Source: an archaeon | GTDB lineage: Archaea; Iainarchaeota; Iainarchaeia; Iainarchaeales; 1-14-0-10-31-34 | DNA length: 22,789 nt | Assembly: GCA_043815885.1 (NCBI GenBank) | Contig: JBDRIL010000046.1 | Coordinates: 1 to 22,789 of the forward strand | Direction of reading: 5' to 3' | Part shown: piece after piece, positions 16,964 to 22,789 of the stretch | Layout of the letters: each line of letters begins with the position of its first letter | Position numbering within the stretch: the first letter of the stretch is position 1 | Program-made: the position numbers and the translations under genes | The notes under the pieces: generated by a model | What the model was told of the DNA's origin: nothing | Databases searched by the model: none | Seen by the model: the letters and a program-made list of their open reading frames with translations, nothing else

Positions 16964-18841
16964 ATGAAGAAATGGTTTTTGACAGTGATTTTCCTGGCAA
17001 TAATTCTATCCACAGTAAACGCAGGCATATATGCAGAAAAGGATTCAGTCACAATAGAGCCAGACAGCGGAATAAATGTAATGCTGTTCCTAGAGAATGA
17101 TTCAAGCGAAGACACAAAATTTGAATTATATGCAAAAAGCCATTCTCCTTACATTCAGGCAGAACTTCCATTGGATGAAGTGTTCCTGAATTCAGGGGAA
17201 AGCACTTCATTTAACCTGAATATTTATGCTTTAGAGGATGCTCCAAAAGGATTTTCATTAATCGAGGTAAGAATGGAGAACGGTTTTACGGATACTGCTT
17301 TTATTGGAGTAATGATTGCAAAGGAAGATGATTTCAGGGACAATTTACTGGAAATAACTGCTTTTGATAAAAAGCTCTGCAGAAAGGAAGAGGGAAGCAT
17401 TAACATCAGGATAGAGAATAAAGCTGACTTCACTCAGGAAATTGAGCTTTACCTTAATTCTGAAACAATGAATGCAAGCCTTGAACCAGACTACCTGGAA
17501 CTGCTTTCAAATGAAGTAAAGTATGTTCAATTGGTTGTTCCTGCATATCCTGTGCTGGGAGAAGGAACTCATTCAGTGGAATTAATGATTGAAACCACTT
17601 CTTCAATAATGAAGAAGGAAATTGAATTTGAGATAATTGAATGCTCTGGGGTGGAAGAACTATTTTCCCTTAACCTTGAAGGAGAATGCATTAGAGTCAG
17701 CAAGGGTTCATTCAAGGAAATCAATTACAGCATTGAAAACCTTTCAGAAACAGAACAGGAAATAAATATTGCAATTACAAGTGATTTGCTGTTGGATTAC
17801 AGCAAGAAAAGAATTTTCCTGGATGAAGATGAGAAAGCAGAACTTTCATTCACTGTTGAAGCAGACAAAGACACTGGATACGGAAAGCATTTGGTGGAAG
17901 TGTTTGCATTCAATGACTCCTATTACGAGAAAAGGACTGCATGTGTTTATGTAGAGCAAATGCATGAATTCAAGGCAAGGCTATTGAATAACAATTTACA
18001 AATAGAGAGAGGCACTACAGCAATATTTGAAGTAGAGGTAGAGAATACAGGGGACTATGACGAGGACTTCCATATAAGCGTCAGAGAAAAGCCAAGAGAA
18101 GTAAAAGTGATTTTCAGTGAAGAAGATTTTTTGGTTAGAAAGGGAGAAAGTGAAACCATCTATGTTTCAGTTACTCCTTCTCTTGAAGCATATTTGGGAG
18201 AAAATGAAATCGAGTTAAGGCTAAGGAATTCAGAAACACTCACTAAAACCCTTAAATTCAAGGTAGTGGAGGAAGGGACTCCCCCTGAAAGAGAAAATGC
18301 AGTGGAATTCAAGACTTTCCCTAAAAAGATTGTATTGAATAGAGGGGATTCAATTGAAGTGTTTTTAGTGATTGAAAACATTTCAGGAAAGGAACTGAAA
18401 GATGTTGAGTTTAAAGCAGAAGGACTGCCTTTTGGAGTAAAAATGGATGAAGTAATGCTCTCTCTTATTGAAGAGGGAGAGCTGATTGAGGTAAGCACTA
18501 ACATTAGTGCAACTGAAGGCGCAGTAAAGGAAAATACTTCCTTTACTCTTGTAGTGGAAAATGATTTATTCAGGGAAGAAAAAGAAATAGAATTAGAGGT
18601 AAGGGAAGACAATCCCTACTACAGCAATTCCGAGAACATGAGTGTAAAGACAACTGTTGAAAAGGAGGATTCATTCCTTGCAGGATTGATTGGTTTGGGA
18701 AGCAATAGTTTTGCTGGATTGCTTGGAGGAATTATTATTGTGTTAGTCGTATTAATATTAATTGTAGTGGCTTTATCCTCTAATCCTTCTCCTAGAAGGT
18801 TAAGGTACAGGGGAGAAACTGTAGGAGGCATTGTTAAATGA
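16964..18841 (+). CDS. Secreted, C-terminally anchored acidic protein with ~5 Ig-like (COG1470-like) repeats
   Basis: AGGAG RBS; signal peptide ending TVNA; ~100-aa repeats (LEND, IENK, IENL, VENTG, IENISG, each followed by L..GE-type motifs); C-terminal TM and RRLRYR tail. Confidence 0.8.
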   Translation: MKKWFLTVIFLAIILSTVNAGIYAEKDSVTIEPDSGINVMLFLENDSSEDTKFELYAKSHSPYIQAELPLDEVFLNSGESTSFNLNIYALEDAPKGFSLIEVRMENGFTDTAFIGVMIAKEDDFRDNLLEITAFDKKLCRKEEGSINIRIENKADFTQEIELYLNSETMNASLEPDYLELLSNEVKYVQLVVPAYPVLGEGTHSVELMIETTSSIMKKEIEFEIIECSGVEELFSLNLEGECIRVSKGSFKEINYSIENLSETEQEINIAITSDLLLDYSKKRIFLDEDEKAELSFTVEADKDTGYGKHLVEVFAFNDSYYEKRTACVYVEQMHEFKARLLNNNLQIERGTTAIFEVEVENTGDYDEDFHISVREKPREVKVIFSEEDFLVRKGESETIYVSVTPSLEAYLGENEIELRLRNSETLTKTLKFKVVEEGTPPERENAVEFKTFPKKIVLNRGDSIEVFLVIENISGKELKDVEFKAEGLPFGVKMDEVMLSLIEEGELIEVSTNISATEGAVKENTSFTLVVENDLFREEKEIELEVREDNPYYSNSENMSVKTTVEKEDSFLAGLIGLGSNSFAGLLGGIIIVLVVLILIVVALSSNPSPRRLRYRGETVGGIVK

Positions 18842-21234
18842 ACAAATATATTTCGCTTGGATTAATATTAATCTTCCTTGGCCTGAGTGTCAAGGCAGCA
18901 ACACTGGAGGGAGACTTTACTGCAGAAGCATACCAGTCACAGCCATTGGAAAAGGTATTCACTCTATGCAATGATTCCAGTCACAGTGAAAGCTATTCAA
19001 TAGATGAATTCGGGGAATACTCTTACTGGATGCATGTAAAGCCAGAAGAACTCTCGCTCTCTGCAGGCAAATGTGAAGATATTTATGCTTTTATTACTCC
19101 AGAACCTTATGCAAGGGAAGGAAGCTATGACTTAGGAATAAGGATAAGGAATTCAAAGACACTGGATAAAATAATTGAATTAACTGTATTACAGGGCCAC
19201 ACACTGTCTCTTTCAGTAGATGAATCCTACAAGGAAGCTTCTCAATGTGAAGAAAGAAATTATTCATTAAAAATAAAGAATACTGGAATATTTGAGGAAA
19301 GAGCAAAAATAGAAGTGGAAGGACTGAATGAATTATGGTTTGAATTTGACTCAGATGAACCAGTACTGGAAAAAAATGAATCCACTACAGTAAGACTTTC
19401 AGTTAAAGCTCCATGCAATGCAGAAAGAAAGGCATACGAATTCACTGTAAAGGCATCAATACCTTACACTGATTTTGAAACAGAAGAAGTTCTTACATAT
19501 AAAGTAGTTAATGAACAGGAAGTAATGATTGACGTAAAGGAAGAGGTCAGCGCGTGCAAGGACAGCACAGAAACAGAAGAAATTACTTTCAAGAATAACG
19601 GAAGATTGGATGATGAGTTAAAACTTCAATTGATTGGCCCTGAATGGGTTCTTCTTGAAAAAGAAAGCATTAGTATTGGAGAAGGAGAAAGCAAGAGCAT
19701 TGACCTTATATTTGAGAAAAACGATGAAGAGGAAGGAGTGTATGAAGCTGAAATAAGGGTTATTTCAGACAGATTCAATACCTCTTACACTCAAAAATTC
19801 GATATCTCCCTGAAAGACTGTTATGGACTGAAACTGGAGAAAGTAGAGGGAGAAGCCACGAGCTGCCTGGAAGAAGAATTCAGCTATGTGTTTTCTTTAA
19901 CCAATACAGGATTAAAGGAAGTAGAGCTAAAACTTTCTTCAACCGGAATTCCGGCAGAAATAGAAAACAGTTCTTTAACAATACAGCCAGGAGAGAGCGA
20001 AGAAATTGAAGTAAAATTCAATTTAGAGAAGGAAGAAAAAGGAAGCAAGCAATTCAAGTTTATTGTTGATTCAGCTTACTTCACTAAAACAGCTGAATAC
20101 GAGATTGAATTATTGGATTGCTTTAATGCAGGAATTGAAGTAAAGGAATTAAGGCTATGCAAGTGCGTTCCAATGCATTCATTCTTTACAGTAAGCAATC
20201 CAGGAAAGGCAGTACAGACTTTTTCAATTACCTCTAGTGTTGAATGGATTGAACCAGAATTAGAGGAAATAGAACTCCAGCCAGATGAAACCAAAGAAAT
20301 AAAGCTAATAATGGATACCCCTTGTGATGCAACTGAAACAGAGTATGGAATAAAGGTTGAATCAGAGAAAAACCTTGTGAGTGACACCAAAGGAATTATT
20401 TACGAAAGAAAGAAGCAATGCTTTGGAATAGAAATGACTAACTCTCAAGGGCCAGTGGACGTTAATGCAGGAAAGGGAAGCATTGAAACCCTTTACATTA
20501 CAAACAACGGAGTAACAAAGCAAAAGGTAACTGTAAGAGTGGAAGACAATGACTGGATTTTCTTTGATCCAAAAGTAGTAGAGATTGGTGCAGGGGAAAC
20601 AAAAGAAGTGTATGTTTACTTTTCTCCTCCGCTTGATTTTGGGGAAGAGGAAGTAATAGTAAACATAGAAGCAATGACTGACTATGGCTATAGAGCAGAG
20701 GAAACATTGAAATTGAAGGTAGCTGCAGGAGGAATTGATTTAGAAATCTCTCCGGAAGAAATCTCAGTTGAAGGAATAAAGGTAACAGAGATAAAGGACA
20801 CAAAGGAAAAGGAATTAGAACTTTCAATAAAGTTGACCAACAACACTGGAAGTAGTTTAAAGATTGAAGACATTAATTCTCCTAGGTATGCCCTGTCTTA
20901 CAATATAAAGAATCCAGTGCTGAAGAAGGGCGAATCAACTGTAATTGAATTAACCTTCAGAGTAGGAGAAGAAGTTGATTTGTCAAGCCTGCTTCTTCCT
21001 TTAAGCCTTAATACTGATAAGGGAGTGTACGAGAAAGGAGTATTGATTGAGGTAGAGGAAGAGAAGGAAACAGAAACCCCTGCTGGGTTAGCTGTATTTA
21101 CTTCTGCGCAAAGCACTACAGTTGTATTGCTAATAATAGTGATTGTACTGATTATTGCTTTCATTGCATTGAAGGCAAAGGAAGCAGAAGAAGAAAAGAA
21201 GCCAAGAAAAAGAACCAGAAAAAAGAAGGAATAA
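18838..21234 (+). CDS. Secreted, C-terminally anchored acidic protein with ~7 Ig-like repeats and many cysteines
   Basis: ATGA overlap with the previous gene; signal peptide ending SVKA; recurring IKNTG/FKNNG/LTNTG/VSNPG/ITNNG/LTNNTG and I.PGES/L.PDET/I.AGET motifs; C-terminal TM and KKPRKRTRKKKE tail. Confidence 0.8.
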   Translation: MNKYISLGLILIFLGLSVKAATLEGDFTAEAYQSQPLEKVFTLCNDSSHSESYSIDEFGEYSYWMHVKPEELSLSAGKCEDIYAFITPEPYAREGSYDLGIRIRNSKTLDKIIELTVLQGHTLSLSVDESYKEASQCEERNYSLKIKNTGIFEERAKIEVEGLNELWFEFDSDEPVLEKNESTTVRLSVKAPCNAERKAYEFTVKASIPYTDFETEEVLTYKVVNEQEVMIDVKEEVSACKDSTETEEITFKNNGRLDDELKLQLIGPEWVLLEKESISIGEGESKSIDLIFEKNDEEEGVYEAEIRVISDRFNTSYTQKFDISLKDCYGLKLEKVEGEATSCLEEEFSYVFSLTNTGLKEVELKLSSTGIPAEIENSSLTIQPGESEEIEVKFNLEKEEKGSKQFKFIVDSAYFTKTAEYEIELLDCFNAGIEVKELRLCKCVPMHSFFTVSNPGKAVQTFSITSSVEWIEPELEEIELQPDETKEIKLIMDTPCDATETEYGIKVESEKNLVSDTKGIIYERKKQCFGIEMTNSQGPVDVNAGKGSIETLYITNNGVTKQKVTVRVEDNDWIFFDPKVVEIGAGETKEVYVYFSPPLDFGEEEVIVNIEAMTDYGYRAEETLKLKVAAGGIDLEISPEEISVEGIKVTEIKDTKEKELELSIKLTNNTGSSLKIEDINSPRYALSYNIKNPVLKKGESTVIELTFRVGEEVDLSSLLLPLSLNTDKGVYEKGVLIEVEEEKETETPAGLAVFTSAQSTTVVLLIIVIVLIIAFIALKAKEAEEEKKPRKRTRKKKE

Positions 21235-21236
21235 AA

Positions 21237-21260
21237 TTCTTCTTTTCTTTTTTTATTTTT
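21237..21260 (+). terminator. Putative oligo-T (archaeal-type) terminator
   Basis: Pyrimidine/T-rich run directly after the stop codon of the surface-protein operon, at a convergent junction. Confidence 0.35.
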
Positions 21261-21990
21261 TATGGAAATAATTTGCAATGAATGGGCTCTCAATTAATAC
21301 TGCTCTCTCTGATTCCTCGTTTGGAACTGAATGATTAAGGAACAATAAAACTGCATTCTTATCAAATACAATAAACCTTGAATTCAATTCAGAGAAATTA
21401 ATTTTTGCTATTTCCTTTAATTCCTTTAAAGGAATTGCATTCTTGTTTGCAGAATGCACATTAAAGTTTACCTTGATTCCCTTCCTGCTTAATTGCTTTA
21501 ATTTATGCTTAAAGGCATCTATCTTCTGCAATGCATTGGTCTCATTTGTTGAAATTATAACGCTTTCCTTAACGCTATTCAGTTGTTCTCTTATAATTGA
21601 GTAAATCTTGTTTCTTCCCTTCAGTAGCCACGTCTTATCTGTCTCTTCCTCTGTCTCTCCCACTGGCCCTAGCTTTGAGGAAATAGTTCCTGCTAATTCC
21701 CTTAATTCCTTTGTGTTTTCATCGCATTCCTTTTTTCTTGTATTGCAAAGATTCTCCAATGCCCTTGAAGGCGTCAATGCCCTGAATCTTATAGGGCGAG
21801 AGGGATTAACTAATACAAAGCCTTTCTTCTCCAATCCAATCAATACATCATACACTCTTGCTCTGGGAATTCCTGCTTTCTTGCTTACATCTGAAGCAGT
21901 GCCTGTATTCAGTGAAAGCAAAGAAGAATAAGCCTTGGACTCATATTCATTCAATCCAGTTCTCTTCAATAAAGCAATCAGTTCACTCAA
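21253..21990 (-). CDS. TrmB-family transcriptional regulator
   Basis: LKRTGLNEYESKAYSSLL...TASDVSKKAGIPRARVYDVLIGLEKKGFV...RPIRFRA; second domain WLLKGR...SRFIVFDK; TTG start with GTGA upstream. Confidence 0.92.
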   Translation of the reverse strand: MSELIALLKRTGLNEYESKAYSSLLSLNTGTASDVSKKAGIPRARVYDVLIGLEKKGFVLVNPSRPIRFRALTPSRALENLCNTRKKECDENTKELRELAGTISSKLGPVGETEEETDKTWLLKGRNKIYSIIREQLNSVKESVIISTNETNALQKIDAFKHKLKQLSRKGIKVNFNVHSANKNAIPLKELKEIAKINFSELNSRFIVFDKNAVLLFLNHSVPNEESERAVLIESPFIANYFHKK

Positions 21991-22078
21991 TTTCCATCAC
22001 TAAGAATAATCAAAAATCAATTATATAGAAGCAGTTTTACTTTATAATCCTTACTGTTTTATGCAAAGAAAAAAGTAT

Positions 22079-22789
22079 TTACTTGAATACCCCAAACAAG
22101 AACCTATAGTCAATGCATGCAAGGCACTGGTCAACTGAATTGCATTGAGAGCATTTTTTAATAATTTCTTCTGACGGGCCTCCCTCTACAGGCTCAATAA
22201 ATCCCTTTGACTTGCAGTATCCTTCCTGTCCTTCCTTTCCGTAATTCTCTGTGAATACCCTGTACCAAGCCAGTACATTTGGAACATATTCTTCTCTTGT
22301 GCTTTGTAATGAGATTTCATCGCATTTAACATTTTCTTTTACAGTATCATATCTTGCAATAATTAAAGCAGTATTCCAATTGGCTTTTGCGTCTCCGCTA
22401 TTAGAAAGGACTATGCTTCCGCTGGGGCAATTCAATTCCTGAATTTCCTTGGAATATGTAGTGTAAGGATCGGTTTTTTGCTTAATTTTTTCTTCTGCAT
22501 TCTCCCATCCATCAACCTCTACCAATGCCCTCAATAAATTCTTTGGCATGCTTCCTGCCTTAGCATCAATTATATCACTAGATTTTTTTGCATTCTCCAT
22601 TGCCTCAACACATTTAGTTTCACTTATTATTGTTTCCCCTGCTGCTAAAATTGTTACGCTTGCTGCCTCATAAGAAGGCTCAACATACAATCCATCAGTC
22701 TTACTAGTAGGATACAGACAACTTCCATCGCCATCCTTATCCTGACAACCATAAATTTCAAACTCTTCTCCAGTCCAATCAGTTATCGT
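22079..22789 (-). CDS. C-terminal part of a larger Cys-rich protein (5'-partial) with a DxDxDG motif and a possible degenerate SLT-like domain
   Basis: Frame stays open from 22789 (TITDWTGEEFEIYGCQDKDGDGSCLYPTSKTDGLYVEP...), so the listed start at 22690 is probably internal. Contains PKNLLRALVEVD, WNTALIIARY and TREEYVPNVLAWY. Confidence 0.65.
   Translation of the reverse strand, partial: TITDWTGEEFEIYGCQDKDGDGSCLYPTSKTDGLYVEPSYEAASVTILAAGETIISETKCVEAMENAKKSSDIIDAKAGSMPKNLLRALVEVDGWENAEEKIKQKTDPYTTYSKEIQELNCPSGSIVLSNSGDAKANWNTALIIARYDTVKENVKCDEISLQSTREEYVPNVLAWYRVFTENYGKEGQEGYCKSKGFIEPVEGGPSEEIIKKCSQCNSVDQCLACIDYRFLFGVFK

Noticed and set aside
850..22442. Many short Ser/Phe/Ile-rich antisense and nested ORFs (e.g. 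2011-2571, 7599-8015, 11131-11625, 18160-18612)
   Set aside because: They lie opposite or within well-supported genes, and their composition mirrors Glu/Lys codons; no motifs. None is a credible RiPP precursor.
1..22789. CRISPR array, tRNA/rRNA genes, transposase or integrase
   Set aside because: No regularly spaced repeats, no long GC-rich non-coding stretch and no recombinase motifs were seen; intergenic gaps are short.

Overview
AT-rich, gene-dense window that looks archaeal (TrmB-family and HTH+CBS regulators, TATA/BRE-like promoters, acidic C-terminally anchored surface proteins). A DPANN lineage is my inference, not shown. Left (1-4343): a RiPP-like maturation cassette with a partial twitch-type radical SAM, a stand-alone PqqD/RRE, an HPr-kinase-like P-loop protein, a B12-dependent radical SAM and a nucleotidyltransferase. 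It also holds an unannotated 44-aa ORF homologous to the N-terminus of the neighbouring B12 radical SAM. Divergent from it is a run of GT4, polytopic GT-C-like protein, GT4, SufS and EamA genes. Centre: a YbaK-like gene, two membrane proteins sharing a ~45-aa C-terminal module, and a bacterial-type metK. metK is split inside its GGGAF/SGKD motif by a 452-aa LAGLIDADG intein with a non-canonical block B, and sits head-to-head with an HTH-CBS regulator. Right: three Ig-like-repeat surface protein genes preceded by nested inverted repeats, a TrmB regulator, and the 3' end of a gene carrying what looks like a degenerate lytic-transglycosylase domain. No rRNA, tRNA, CRISPR array or transposase was recognised. 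All family calls are by eye from motifs; no searches were run.
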